NCBI GenBank assembly: GCA_951813565.1
Contig: OX638351.1
Coordinates: forward strand, 5,344,001 to 5,408,000
Reading direction: 5' to 3'
Length of the DNA: 64,000 nt
Source of the DNA: an uncultured Poribacteria bacterium
GTDB lineage: Bacteria; Poribacteria; WGA-4E; WGA-3G
Numbering within the stretch: position 1 is the stretch's first letter; each line of letters starts with the position of its first letter. Shown in pieces: positions 48,758 to 59,546 of this stretch. Below the pieces are notes generated by a model, which saw nothing but the letters and a program-made list of their open reading frames with translations, did no database searches and was not told the origin of the DNA. Position numbers and translations under genes: made by a program.

Positions 48758-49627
48758 TCATTTCACAGTGGCAAGAACTACACGTTCTATCCCAGCGTAA
48801 TCCTTGATGAACCAATAATTCTGATACGCAGGTTGTTCCTCAATCAAGGCTTTAACTGATGCTGCTTGTTTATCACCGATTTCAAAAATGAGTTTGCCTT
48901 CCGGATGGAGGTAATTTGGGGCTTCGGCAATCATGCGGCGAATGATGGATAACCCATCTTGACCAGCGAAAAGTGCAACAGTCGGTTCATGCTCCCGGAC
49001 ATCTGGACTCAAGTTATCGCGCTCTTCGGACATTATGTAAGGTGGGTTGGAGACTATCCAATTAAAACGTGAAGAGTCTAATGGTTTAATCGGTTCAAAA
49101 AGATCGCCTTGCAAAAGAGTAATGCGATCAGTGCAGTCGTGTGCATCCCTATTTTTTTCTGCAACACCCAATGCGTCTTTAGATATGTCGGTTGCAATGA
49201 TTTCATATTCTGGCATGTTGATTGCGATGGCGATTGCTATAACACCGCTTCCTGTCCCAATTTCCAATAAGCGTTGAGGCGTGCCGCCTTTCGTCTTAAG
49301 GATTGTTTCAACGATGAATTCTGTTTCCGGGCGCGGGATGAGGACTCTTTCATCAACATAGAAATCCAGCGACATAAACTCCTTACGGTTGGTGAGATAA
49401 CTGATCGGGGTGCGCGCAATTCGTTTTTTTATTAACTCTCGAAATACAGTAAGATCGTCCTGAAAAACTGGCATATCGAAATGGAGATAGAGTTGCAAAC
49501 GGCTTTTTTGAAGCAGGTGTCCGAGTAACACCTCAGCATCTAATCTTGGGTTTGGAATGTGATGCTTTTCAAAATAACCTGTTGTCCACTCAAGGAGTTC
49601 AAGTACGTGCCAGATTTTGGTAGCCAT
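48758..49627 (-). CDS. prmC: Release factor glutamine methyltransferase
   Basis: VLIPRPETE, EIGTGSG, SNPPY; follows prfA. Confidence 0.96.
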   Translation of the reverse strand: MATKIWHVLELLEWTTGYFEKHHIPNPRLDAEVLLGHLLQKSRLQLYLHFDMPVFQDDLTVFRELIKKRIARTPISYLTNRKEFMSLDFYVDERVLIPRPETEFIVETILKTKGGTPQRLLEIGTGSGVIAIAIAINMPEYEIIATDISKDALGVAEKNRDAHDCTDRITLLQGDLFEPIKPLDSSRFNWIVSNPPYIMSEERDNLSPDVREHEPTVALFAGQDGLSIIRRMIAEAPNYLHPEGKLIFEIGDKQAASVKALIEEQPAYQNYWFIKDYAGIERVVLATVK

Positions 49628-49810
49628 AAATTCTTATCTGATTTCAGGGAACTCCGTAGTGTATGACAAGGAAGGTAGAATTTGGGAGAGAAAGTGTATT
49701 CAACTCCTACGAGTTTTCAATTCATACGCGATTTAAATTGAAGTTCAATTACAGCACGTTTACAAAGCGGACCTACTCGATAGAATTTTGATGGTATGAT
49801 TAGGATTATC

Positions 49811-50884
49811 TTAGTTTTCTTCGTTTTTTAACTTTTCAGCTTGATCGGCAGTTGTTAACCGCTCAATAAATGGGTCTAATTGACCATCTAAAACAGCATC
49901 TAACTGGTGGATGCTAAACTGAATTCGGTGATCGGTAACGCGCGATTGAGGGAAGTTGTAGGTGCGAATTTTTTCGCTTCTGTCCCCACTGCCAACCATG
50001 GATCGACGGGTTTCGGCACGTTCGCTATTGAGTTCTGCCTGTTTTCTTTCTTGGAGACGAGCTCGAAGAATTTTCATCGCCTTTGAGCGATTTTTGTGCT
50101 GTGATTTTTCGTCTTGCTGGGTTACAACCAGACCTGTTGGAATGTGCGTAATACGGATAGCAGAGTCAGTTGTATTCACACTCTGCCCCCCAGGTCCTGA
50201 AGATCGATAAGTATCAATCCGTAATTCTGTTGCTTCGTCTATTTCAATGTCCACTTCTTCTGCTTCGGGTAGTACAGCGACTGTAACAGCAGAGGTGTGA
50301 ATTCGTCCGCTTGTTTCAGTGGCAGGAATTCGTTGTACACGGTGGATTCCACCCTCGTATTTGAGAAGACTATACGCTAATTTCCCTTGAACCGAAAAAA
50401 CAACTTCTTTAAATCCTTTTAACCCGGTTGCATTTGCGCTGAGCATTTCGATTTTCCAGCTTCTCCTTTCTGCGTATCGTGTGTACATGCGAAATATCTC
50501 TGCTGCAAAAAGGCTTGCTTCTTCCCCACCAGTACCTGCGCGAATTTCAATAATAACATTTTTTTCATCATTTGGGTCTTTTGGTATAAGAAGCATCTTA
50601 AGCGCTTCTGTTAACTCGTCTTTTTGTTTCTCAAGATCAGTCAATTCCTCTTGTGCTAACTCCAACATGTCGGTATCATTTTCTTCTGTCAGCAGTGTCT
50701 GTGTTTCTTCAATAGCAGTTTCCAGCTGTTGAAAATCTTTATATGCGGATACAATTGGCGAAAGTTCCGCGTGCATCTTTGAAAGTTCCTGCAGGCGTTG
50801 AGGTTTGGAAATTTGTGCAGGATCACTTAATGATTTCTCAACATCAATATATTTTTTTTGAATATCTTTGAGCTTATTGAACAT
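49811..50884 (-). CDS. prfA: Peptide chain release factor 1
   Basis: [14 protein letters not shown] tripeptide, GGQ motif. Confidence 0.97.
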   Translation of the reverse strand: MFNKLKDIQKKYIDVEKSLSDPAQISKPQRLQELSKMHAELSPIVSAYKDFQQLETAIEETQTLLTEENDTDMLELAQEELTDLEKQKDELTEALKMLLIPKDPNDEKNVIIEIRAGTGGEEASLFAAEIFRMYTRYAERRSWKIEMLSANATGLKGFKEVVFSVQGKLAYSLLKYEGGIHRVQRIPATETSGRIHTSAVTVAVLPEAEEVDIEIDEATELRIDTYRSSGPGGQSVNTTDSAIRITHIPTGLVVTQQDEKSQHKNRSKAMKILRARLQERKQAELNSERAETRRSMVGSGDRSEKIRTYNFPQSRVTDHRIQFSIHQLDAVLDGQLDPFIERLTTADQAEKLKNEEN

Positions 50885-51035
50885 CTCAGTTCCCTTCTCA
50901 GGGTGATTTCATAGCCGCGCAAAGAACGCGTCGTATAGATTTGGTTTTGTAGCTTTCGCTACGTCACCTGACATACAAACCTTGAGAGATAAAGCGAATG
51001 TGTAACAACAATCGTCTATGGGATTACTTGGAAAT

Positions 51036-51248
51036 TTACGATTTCTCAGTGAGTCCATAACGCCGACGGAAACTCTCAACGCGTCCAGCAGTATCAATAA
51101 AGCGGGTTTGTTGTCCAGTGTAAAATGGATGGCATTTTGCACAAACGTCTACACGCATCTCTGATTGGATTGTAACCGTTTGATACGTAGCACCGCACAC
51201 ACAGTTGATAGTGCATTCGGTTGTTTCTGGATGGATTTCAGGTTTCAT
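51036..51248 (-). CDS. rpmE: 50S ribosomal protein L31 (four-Cys, Zn-binding type)
   Basis: [30 protein letters not shown]. Confidence 0.96.
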   Translation of the reverse strand: MKPEIHPETTECTINCVCGATYQTVTIQSEMRVDVCAKCHPFYTGQQTRFIDTAGRVESFRRRYGLTEKS

Positions 51249-51407
51249 ATAATCACTCCTTTGCTTTAGGCATTTAGGTCGTTAGTATTGATGATAAACA
51301 AACTTCAGTTCATTCTAAGTTTTGCCCTATGTTATATCATAATTTTAATTTTTATCTCTGTTAAGATCCGGTAAAGAGTTCTAATAACGTATGTCACATT
51401 ATAATTC

Positions 51408-52733
51408 TCATTTTCCGGTTCTGGATTGAAAGCGCTGTTTTCCTGTTTGTGTAACATCTTCAGCCATTTTTTCAAGAAATTCTTCATTCGATTTGGTCTG
51501 ACTAAGATGTTTAATCAAAAATTGCATTGAATCAGCGATGCTCATTTGGCTGGTCAATTTCCGTAAAATCCAAACTTTGTTAAGCACTTCCGGTTTTAAC
51601 AATAGTTCTTCACGACGTGTTTTTGATTTATCAATGTTGATAGTCGGGAAAATCCGCAGTTCTAACAGCGTGCGATCCATGTGGATTTCCATGTTGGCTG
51701 TGCCTTTGAATTCTTCATATATATACGTGTCGGAACGACTTTCAGTGTCAACAAGAACAGAAGCGATAATTGTTAAACTGCCGCCCTCTTCAAATTTACG
51801 TGCGGCACCACAGAATTTGCGAGGCTCCACAATCGCCATTGCATCTAACCCACCCGAAAGAGTTCTCCCGCTATGTGGTGCTGTCATATTGTGTGCCCTT
51901 GCGAGACGAGTCATACTGTCAAGTAGAATCACAACATCTTTTCCACATTCAACCATGCGCTTTGCTTTTTCGATCGCCATTTCTGCAACTTGGATGTGTC
52001 GTTCTGGATGTTCGTCAAAGGTAGAACTAATGACTTCACCTTTAACCGTTCGGATGACATCGGTAACCTCTTCTGGACGTTCATCAATTAACAAAAAGAT
52101 AAGTGAAACTTCTGGGTGATTTGCTTCAATACCGCAGGCGATGTTTTTGAGAAGGGTTGTCTTTCCGCTAAAAGGTGGAGCAACAATTAAGCCTCGCTGG
52201 CCTTTACCAATAGGTGCCATGAGGTCAATGATACGCGTTCCAAATTCAGATGTATTATGTTCCAGTTTCAACTGTTCATAGGGAAAAACTGGCATGGGAG
52301 TATCAAAAGGGATTCTTGCCTTGACAGATTCAGGTGGCTCACCGTTGACTTTCTCTATCTGTAACAAAGCATAGTAGCGCTCTGTTTTGTTTTCCGATTT
52401 TTTAGGAGGACGGATCAAACCTTCAACTACATGTCCGGTCTGCAAACCAAACAAACGTATTTGTGAAGGAGAAACATAAATATCTTCATCACTCTGCAAA
52501 TAATTAGAACGAGGAGACCGAAGAAAACCGATGTTCTGATCTCTGTCATCTAAGATTTGCAACACTCCTCTTCCAAAAAGGGGAATATTTTGTTCAGCGG
52601 CCTCTCCAAGAATGCGAGTAATGAGTTCATCTTTACGCAATCCATTACTGTCTTCAATACCGAAGGATTGTGCCACGGTATTTAGGGCCGAAATCTCCAT
52701 ATCCTGGAGCTTGCCTATGTCCAAGCTCTCCAT
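51408..52733 (-). CDS. rho: Transcription termination factor Rho
   Basis: DIYVSPSQIR, PIGKGQRGLIVAPP, LIDERPEEVTD, EEFKGTANME. Confidence 0.98.
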   Translation of the reverse strand: MESLDIGKLQDMEISALNTVAQSFGIEDSNGLRKDELITRILGEAAEQNIPLFGRGVLQILDDRDQNIGFLRSPRSNYLQSDEDIYVSPSQIRLFGLQTGHVVEGLIRPPKKSENKTERYYALLQIEKVNGEPPESVKARIPFDTPMPVFPYEQLKLEHNTSEFGTRIIDLMAPIGKGQRGLIVAPPFSGKTTLLKNIACGIEANHPEVSLIFLLIDERPEEVTDVIRTVKGEVISSTFDEHPERHIQVAEMAIEKAKRMVECGKDVVILLDSMTRLARAHNMTAPHSGRTLSGGLDAMAIVEPRKFCGAARKFEEGGSLTIIASVLVDTESRSDTYIYEEFKGTANMEIHMDRTLLELRIFPTINIDKSKTRREELLLKPEVLNKVWILRKLTSQMSIADSMQFLIKHLSQTKSNEEFLEKMAEDVTQTGKQRFQSRTGK

Positions 52734-53168
52734 AGTTTTAATACTCCTCAGTAATACCTATTTTGATTTAACTGTGTTTAGGAACGCGGATATTGTAAGT
52801 CTACGCGAAATTGTTAAATCGAATCAGGTCAATACTTATGAATTCGACAGAATCTGCAAGATACTGCAGAACTATCTTTGGTGTGCTAAATAAATATATA
52901 CCGGACTATGATGCCGGAGTGAATATAGAATTTGAATAGTAAATGTATTATTAGAACGTTTTATACGTCGCAAGACGAATTTGATCATGTCCCGCGGGTA
53001 ACAAAGCCAGCAATCGCACCCAATTTGTATTCTGGAGGGTACTGTCTGGCAAAATGTAGAATTTAGATTATTATTGGGGTCCGTATGAAAGCGTTGGCAG
53101 GAATTTCATATCCTTTTTGTGTTGGGACCGAATGCTTGATCCATTGATTCTGAATCATATCAATGTAT

Positions 53169-53197
53169 ATTATACATAATTTATTATCAAACGTCAA
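53169..53197 (-). promoter_or_regulatory. Sigma70-type promoter of rho operon
   Basis: TTGACG-N17-TATAAT (TG-extended) on the minus strand. Confidence 0.7.
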
Positions 53198-53266
53198 GTT
53201 TTTTTTGAAAATAACATTAAGTGTATAATTCTTAGATAGTGCTACGATATAGGATATTATACAGTA

Positions 53267-53303
53267 CCCATGTTAAGTGCGTTTCAAGCGTACTTAACAT
53301 GGG
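53267..53303. terminator. Stem-loop downstream of the TPR gene, possible terminator
   Basis: CCCATGTTAAGTGCG-loop-CGTACTTAACATGGG; weak U tract. Confidence 0.5.
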
Positions 53304-53377
53304 AATAGTTGTTTTCGTTACAGATTACCGTTTGTGACAAAATTTATAGTGTTCACTAAGATAATCAAATAAGTTTT

Positions 53378-55315
53378 CTACTCACCATTTTTTTGTAGAG
53401 GTTTTAGCCTGCGTAGCACTTTAGCATTGTATCTATCCTTTTCCAAGTAGCTCTGCCAGAGTGCAATTGCTTCATCATTGTATCCTTTAGATACATAATA
53501 ATCCCCAAGTGCTATCACAGGAATGTCAACGCGTGGGTCTTTTTCTATAGCTTCTTTGAAGGCATCCACAGCAACTTTTTCGTCTCCTTTAAGTAAGGCG
53601 ATCTCACCTTTTGCGTAAGGGAGCAATGAGTGCTCAGGATATTCAGTAGCCAGAGTGTCAAGCAAGGTCTGCGCGTCCGCTTCTCTACCTTTTTTGAAAC
53701 TTGAAAGTGCAGTAAGGATAGTTCCATAAACGTATTCATGTGTGAGTGTCCGTTTTTCTACTGGATTTTCTGTGTTTTCCAAGAGACGTTTTGCGATTCT
53801 GGTAGCGGATTTATACTTGATCTGTGCTTTATTATATTCCCCGTGTTTGAAACACACGTCTCCAAGAGTTTTCATTGCAATAAAAGAATCCCTCTTCTGT
53901 TCAACGAGGTCTTGGAAAATCGCAGCGGTTTTTCTGTCATTCAAACGGTAGTGTAGTACTTCTGCAAGGCTTTGCAACGCATCGGTATCCTCAGGATTTT
54001 TTGCGACAGCCTGTTCAAAGGCATCTTTCTCTTTTTCGTAATCTCCAAGTTTTTCATGCGTCTTGCCGATTAACCAATATAATTCTGCATCTTTGTTGCG
54101 ATTTAAACCGACAACAGAGTTGAATGATTCAAGTGCTTTCTCGTACTCCGCATTCGTGTATTGAGTTTCTCCGGTAGTTATTACCGCATCAATTACTTTA
54201 CTATTTTTGCTTGCAGCTTTTTTCAGTACTGCTGATGCCTTTTGATGCATACCTAATTTTCGGTAGCAAATTGAGAGTCGTAGATAGCTATAGGGATCAA
54301 TTTTTGCTTTTTCAGCTTCAGCGCGTGCTATAGCATCAAAGTATAACGCCCCTGCATTACGATAGTCCTCATCACCGTAAAAGAATCCTGCAATCATCAG
54401 TTCTGCGTCGTGATAGCTGCCTTGTTCATCTCCCGCAATAGCGGCTTGTCCGCCAAAGTTTCTCATGACCTCATCTGCGGTAATTCCGAAACCGGAGTTC
54501 TCTAAAACAACTTTAGATTTCACAATCGGACTTTTTTCAACACCTCGTGGACGATCTCTTTCACGGCGTGCTTCTTGCCTCGCGATGGCCCGCCCAATTT
54601 GTGTATCTTCCGGGTTATCTGGCTTAGGAATGGAAGCGTTGAGTTCGGTCAGTTCTTCTTTTGCTTTTTCAATGTGCGATTGCGCTGCATCAATTCTGCC
54701 ATATTTCTTGACGGTATATTGAAGGGTGCGTTTTGCCTCATCATCATCTTTGATCAATTCACGCTGTATTCGCGCTTTATTAACAAGGGCTTGTACAGCT
54801 CGTTCGCTTTGCGGGTTACGGTTAGCAAAACTATCGAAAGCTTCCACAGCTTGTTCAAACTTTTGACCTTCTTCATAACTTTTTGCTAACATCAGATGAG
54901 CATCATGGCTTAAATCCAAATGAGGGAATTTGTTAACAATCGTATCAAATTGGGTTTGCGCTGCACCAAAATCTTTCTGCCTATAGTAATAGTGCTTTCC
55001 GAGGCGATAGTGTGCCTCTGCAGCTTCATCACTTTCGGGCGCTTCAGCAATAATTGCTTCATAAGCTTTAACACCCTGTGAAGGTTGATTCATTTTCTCA
55101 ATTTGGAGTTTGCCGATGGCAAGTTGTGCTTTACGCGCATCAGCTGTCCCGGGCTCGGTATCAACGACACTTTGGTAAACTTCTATCGCAGCACGGTAAT
55201 CTTTCGCTTCAACTAAATTCTCTGCTGTCCCCATAGCACCACCGGATAAACAACCGGTTTGCACTAATGTTACAAGCATCAGAATAGCAAGTAAGCTGTA
55301 GTTGACAAATTTCAT
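53378..55315 (-). CDS. TPR-repeat lipoprotein
   Basis: AGGAG RBS before MKFVNYS, lipobox-like QTGC, many TPRs. Confidence 0.85.
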   Translation of the reverse strand: MKFVNYSLLAILMLVTLVQTGCLSGGAMGTAENLVEAKDYRAAIEVYQSVVDTEPGTADARKAQLAIGKLQIEKMNQPSQGVKAYEAIIAEAPESDEAAEAHYRLGKHYYYRQKDFGAAQTQFDTIVNKFPHLDLSHDAHLMLAKSYEEGQKFEQAVEAFDSFANRNPQSERAVQALVNKARIQRELIKDDDEAKRTLQYTVKKYGRIDAAQSHIEKAKEELTELNASIPKPDNPEDTQIGRAIARQEARRERDRPRGVEKSPIVKSKVVLENSGFGITADEVMRNFGGQAAIAGDEQGSYHDAELMIAGFFYGDEDYRNAGALYFDAIARAEAEKAKIDPYSYLRLSICYRKLGMHQKASAVLKKAASKNSKVIDAVITTGETQYTNAEYEKALESFNSVVGLNRNKDAELYWLIGKTHEKLGDYEKEKDAFEQAVAKNPEDTDALQSLAEVLHYRLNDRKTAAIFQDLVEQKRDSFIAMKTLGDVCFKHGEYNKAQIKYKSATRIAKRLLENTENPVEKRTLTHEYVYGTILTALSSFKKGREADAQTLLDTLATEYPEHSLLPYAKGEIALLKGDEKVAVDAFKEAIEKDPRVDIPVIALGDYYVSKGYNDEAIALWQSYLEKDRYNAKVLRRLKPLQKNGE

Positions 55316-55426
55316 GATTTTTCTCCTTGCTAAATAGGTATAAACAGACCGTTGAGAATCTAACTCACAAAACTGAATAAACGTGCTTTGCAAGTAGGTG
55401 TTATTATATAACAAGAAATTTCTGCT

Positions 55427-56560
55427 CTAATACATCTGTTTTGACATGCATTGGTCAATTAGGGATAAAACTTCTTGACGACTATACCCTTCTTTTTCAA
55501 TAAGTTTGTCGCAATCTACTCTGTTCTTTTCGTCAGGTCCCTTACCAGCTTCAAGAATAGAGTTTGTTAACCAACTGGTTCGTACGCCATTAACACCGGA
55601 TGTGTAGTTTGCCTCGTATTCACCTTTCACAAGACCGACAAGTTGGTCAACTTTACTGCGTGGATATCCTTCGGGACGTGGGTATGAAAGTGGCTGGGCT
55701 TCGCCGCCCTTGGGTATATAACGGATACCTTTTTTGATTTCGATCGTGCCTTCGTCACCTTCAAGAATGACCCATTCTTCAAATCCGATCCGTGTGTTTC
55801 CAAGAATAGTGATTGTACCTTCCGCGCCGTTGTTAAGTTTTACGTCAGAGTAGGAATTAATCTCAACGAACTTCGGCACAAGATTTCCGTCATCATCTTC
55901 AAATTTCATGTCGGTTGTGCCGTAGACCTCAGCGGGTAACACGTTAGTCATCCAAAGGAAAATATCTTGCAAATGGCTACCTGAATCGTTTGGTTGCCCA
56001 CCACCAGAAAAGCGAGGGTCGCCGCGCCATCCACCTGCTCCCCAACGTTGTGCCATGTAGACCTCAAACTTTTTCAGGTTACCGATGAGTCCTTCGGCGA
56101 TTGCACGTCTGCCAGTAATGTAGGTGTCTTCGTAATGGCGCTGATAGCCACCGACAAGGTGTAAGCCGCTGCCAATAGCGAGTTTGGTTATTGTAATCGC
56201 ATCACCAACGATATTTGCCATCGGTTTTTCAACGATTACATGACATCCCGCGCGGAGCGCGTATTTCACGTGAATATCATGCAGAGAATGCGGTGAGAAA
56301 ACCCCTACAATGTCTAAGTCTTCATGATTGAGCATCTCAACAAATTCATATTCACCGAGGTAACGTGTCATACTATTGGGTTTGTAATCTTCAACTCTTT
56401 GCTGAAGTGCGTTTTCTAAAGCGTCTAAACTGGACTCATACGCGTCTGCAGCAGCGACGACTTGGCAATCCGGACGTGTTGCAAATCCAAGTGTATTCCC
56501 ACGTCCTGCACCGCCAGGCCCAATCACACCAACTCTTAAAATATCGTTCTTACTTGCCAT
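55427..56560 (-). CDS. Gfo/Idh/MocA family oxidoreductase
   Basis: VGVIGPGG, HVIVEKPM, DSGSHLQD. Confidence 0.9.
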   Translation of the reverse strand: MASKNDILRVGVIGPGGAGRGNTLGFATRPDCQVVAAADAYESSLDALENALQQRVEDYKPNSMTRYLGEYEFVEMLNHEDLDIVGVFSPHSLHDIHVKYALRAGCHVIVEKPMANIVGDAITITKLAIGSGLHLVGGYQRHYEDTYITGRRAIAEGLIGNLKKFEVYMAQRWGAGGWRGDPRFSGGGQPNDSGSHLQDIFLWMTNVLPAEVYGTTDMKFEDDDGNLVPKFVEINSYSDVKLNNGAEGTITILGNTRIGFEEWVILEGDEGTIEIKKGIRYIPKGGEAQPLSYPRPEGYPRSKVDQLVGLVKGEYEANYTSGVNGVRTSWLTNSILEAGKGPDEKNRVDCDKLIEKEGYSRQEVLSLIDQCMSKQMY

Positions 56561-56933
56561 TATTTTAACATCTCCAAGGTAACTCAAAAGGAATTATAGG
56601 TATCATAATGTCAATTTGTGTACTCATACACAGGAGCGTAACAGTTCTAACGGGTTGCTGCTGGTTCCACAAAATTTGTTGCAAACGGTCAACAGTTCTT
56701 GGAAAAAGAATTGTTCTCCTGTTTCGACATTGACTCGGGCGGGGACACTTTCAATTAAGAAAAACTTTCCATTCATCTCAAGCGTGTACGTAATCTTCTG
56801 GTCAAGTAGGTTTTATCAATAAGGGTCATAAAGTTTTCACGGTAGTTCTCAAAGGTAAGTAAAGTTTATCACAAATTTTGAAGTGCGTCAATTTATTTGT
56901 GGTTGATCTATTAGATAAATCCAAAAAGTATGC

Positions 56934-57674
56934 TTATCCACTAAAAATGCGGAAGAGTTTTTTAATTGGATCGTAAAACTCATCAACAACTCGTTCTTTC
57001 AGCGGAATAATTGCATTATCTGTAATCGTGATATGTTCAGGACAAACTTTCGTACAGCATTTGGTGATGTTACAGTACCCGATACCGTCCTCATTTTTTA
57101 ATTCTTCTAACCGATTTTCGGTATCAATAGGATGCATTTCCAAAGATGCTGCGTATACAAAGAACCTGGGTCCTATAAACTCATCATGAAGATCATGCTC
57201 ACGCAAGACGTGGCAAACATCTTGACAGAGAAAGCATTCAATGCATTTTCGGAATTCTTGGACATGGTCAATGTCTTCTTGTTCCATGCGCCATGTGCCA
57301 TCTTCTGCATCAGGCGGTCGTGGCGTAAAAGGTTTCATCTTTTTTTTGACTTTAAAGTTCCACGACACGTCAGTAACCAAGTCTTTTATGATCGGAAAGG
57401 CGCGCATTGGCTCAACGGTAACGGGTTGGTCAAGTGGTAAATCGTTGAGGCGCGTCATACACATCAATTTAGGGTTGCCATTCACTTCTGCTGAACAGGA
57501 TCCGCATTTGCCAGCCTTGCAGTTCCATCGCACAGCGAGGTCATTTGCCTGATCCGCTTGAATACGGTGAACAGCGTCTAAAACGACCATTCCTTCGGAA
57601 ACTTCTGTTTCGTAATCAACGAATTGTGCTTCGCTGGCATCTCCACGCCAGATTCTAAAAGTTGCTTTTGCCAT
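56934..57674 (-). CDS. sdhB: Succinate dehydrogenase/fumarate reductase Fe-S subunit
   Basis: CKAGKCGSC, CIECFLCQDVC, CNITKCCTKVCP. Confidence 0.93.
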   Translation of the reverse strand: MAKATFRIWRGDASEAQFVDYETEVSEGMVVLDAVHRIQADQANDLAVRWNCKAGKCGSCSAEVNGNPKLMCMTRLNDLPLDQPVTVEPMRAFPIIKDLVTDVSWNFKVKKKMKPFTPRPPDAEDGTWRMEQEDIDHVQEFRKCIECFLCQDVCHVLREHDLHDEFIGPRFFVYAASLEMHPIDTENRLEELKNEDGIGYCNITKCCTKVCPEHITITDNAIIPLKERVVDEFYDPIKKLFRIFSG

Positions 57675-57700
57675 TTTGGATTCCTTCCAGTGTGTCGTGC

Positions 57701-59518
57701 CTATCCCATTTCCTCTATAATTTGCTGATACTCTTCAGTCAATTCATGAACAAGTTCACGGCGAATAGCCATTGTGCCATCGTCAGCTTTTTGGAGAATA
57801 GTGTTATATTTTTCTGCTCCCGGTTCTTCTTTTTCTGGATAATCATCACGAGAATGCGCGCCGATACTTGCTCTGCGTTCAAGCGCTGCAAGTGCAATCG
57901 CCTCTGAAACCGTGAGCAGACAGTCGAGGTCAAGTGCAGTATGCCACCCCGCATTATATTCTCGATTGCCGATAGCATGTACATTATCCGATTTTTCACG
58001 CAAACCTTGGATTTCCGCCAATGCTTGTGTTAAGTTTTCTTGACTACGCGCGATACCCACTAATTCCTGCATCTTCTCTTGAAGTTGTGCTTGAATTTCG
58101 TAAGGGTTATCACCATCCTCTGGATTATCAAAAGGTTTTAGAACATGCTGAGCAATTTCATCTATTGCACTTTCCTCAAGCACAACTGCTCCGTTTTCTT
58201 GAGCAAATTGTGCAGCGTATTCACCCGCCCGTTTCCCGAAGACAAGGAGGTCGGATAAAGAGTTACCACCAAGACGATTCGCACCGTGTAAACCAGCGGC
58301 GCATTCACCTGCTGCGAAGAGACCTGGAACACAAGTCATTTGAGAATCGGCATCTACACGGATACCGCCCATAATATAATGTGTCGTAGGACCGACTTCC
58401 ATCGGTTCTTCAGTGATGTCAATATCAGCAAGTTCCTTGAATTGATGATACATACTCGGCAGTTTTCTGCGGATATGTTCGGCAGCGTTCGGGATTTTCT
58501 CTTTTATCCAAGCGATGTCTAAGAACACACCACCGTGTGGACTGCCTCTACCTTCGTGAACTTCCCGCACGATGCAACGTGCAATATGGTCACGGGTTAA
58601 CAATTCCGGGGGTCTACGCGCGTCACGATCACCTTGTGTATAACGCCACCCTTCTTCAGGGTTGTCTGCTGTCTGGTTCACATAGAGGTCAGGAATATCG
58701 TCAAACATGAAACGATTACCTTCGCTATTTGTAAGAATTCCACCTTCACCTCTAACCCCCTCGGTAACTAAGATGCCTCTAACGCTGGGGGGCCAGACCA
58801 TACCAGTTGGGTGAAATTGGACGAATTCCATGTCAATCAGCTCAGCACCCGCATGGTATGCAAGAGAATGTCCATCGCCGGTATATTCCCAACTGTTGCT
58901 TGTGATTTTGTAAGCCTTTCCAACGCCCCCTGTTGCCAAGACGACAGCTTTTGCCGAAAAGATTTTAAATCGTCCTTTTTCGCGCTCGTAACCGAAAGCA
59001 CCTGAGACCCTATCCCCTGTCTTGAGAAGTGAAACGATGGTATTCTCCATGTGTACTTCGATGCCTTGGTGGATACCGTGATCCTGCAAGGCACGAATCA
59101 TCTCTAAACCGGTTCGGTCGCCAACGTGAGCAAGCCGTGGATACTGATGTCCGCCGAAGTTTCGTTGTAAAATACTACCTTCTTTTGTCCGATCAAAGAG
59201 TGCTCCCCAAGCTTCAAGTTCACGCACGCGGTCAGGCGATTCTTTGGCGTGAAGTTCTGCCATCCGTGCGTTAGAGAGGTATTGCCCACCCTTCATTGTG
59301 TCAGCAAAATGAGCTCTCCAACTATCTCTCTCATCAACATTTGCTAATGCGGCAGCGACACCGCCTTCCGCCATCACAGTATGTGCTTTACCAAGGAGAG
59401 ATTTACAAACCAATCCAACTTTCAGATCGCCTGTAGATGCTTCAATTGCAGCGCGTAATCCTGCGCCTCCAGCTCCGATTATTAGTACGTCATATTCAAA
59501 AGTTTCGTAAGATGCCAA
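57701..59518 (-). CDS. sdhA: Succinate dehydrogenase/fumarate reductase flavoprotein subunit
   Basis: GAGGAG, AHTVMAEGG, QFHPT, HYIMGG, HGANRLGGNSL. Confidence 0.95.
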   Translation of the reverse strand: MASYETFEYDVLIIGAGGAGLRAAIEASTGDLKVGLVCKSLLGKAHTVMAEGGVAAALANVDERDSWRAHFADTMKGGQYLSNARMAELHAKESPDRVRELEAWGALFDRTKEGSILQRNFGGHQYPRLAHVGDRTGLEMIRALQDHGIHQGIEVHMENTIVSLLKTGDRVSGAFGYEREKGRFKIFSAKAVVLATGGVGKAYKITSNSWEYTGDGHSLAYHAGAELIDMEFVQFHPTGMVWPPSVRGILVTEGVRGEGGILTNSEGNRFMFDDIPDLYVNQTADNPEEGWRYTQGDRDARRPPELLTRDHIARCIVREVHEGRGSPHGGVFLDIAWIKEKIPNAAEHIRRKLPSMYHQFKELADIDITEEPMEVGPTTHYIMGGIRVDADSQMTCVPGLFAAGECAAGLHGANRLGGNSLSDLLVFGKRAGEYAAQFAQENGAVVLEESAIDEIAQHVLKPFDNPEDGDNPYEIQAQLQEKMQELVGIARSQENLTQALAEIQGLREKSDNVHAIGNREYNAGWHTALDLDCLLTVSEAIALAALERRASIGAHSRDDYPEKEEPGAEKYNTILQKADDGTMAIRRELVHELTEEYQQIIEEMG

Positions 59519-59546
59519 GCTAAAATTTCCTCTCTATAGACATTGC

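Noticed and set aside
50909..51142. 77-aa ORF between rpmE and prfA
   Set aside because: It overlaps rpmE out of frame and has no recognisable motif.
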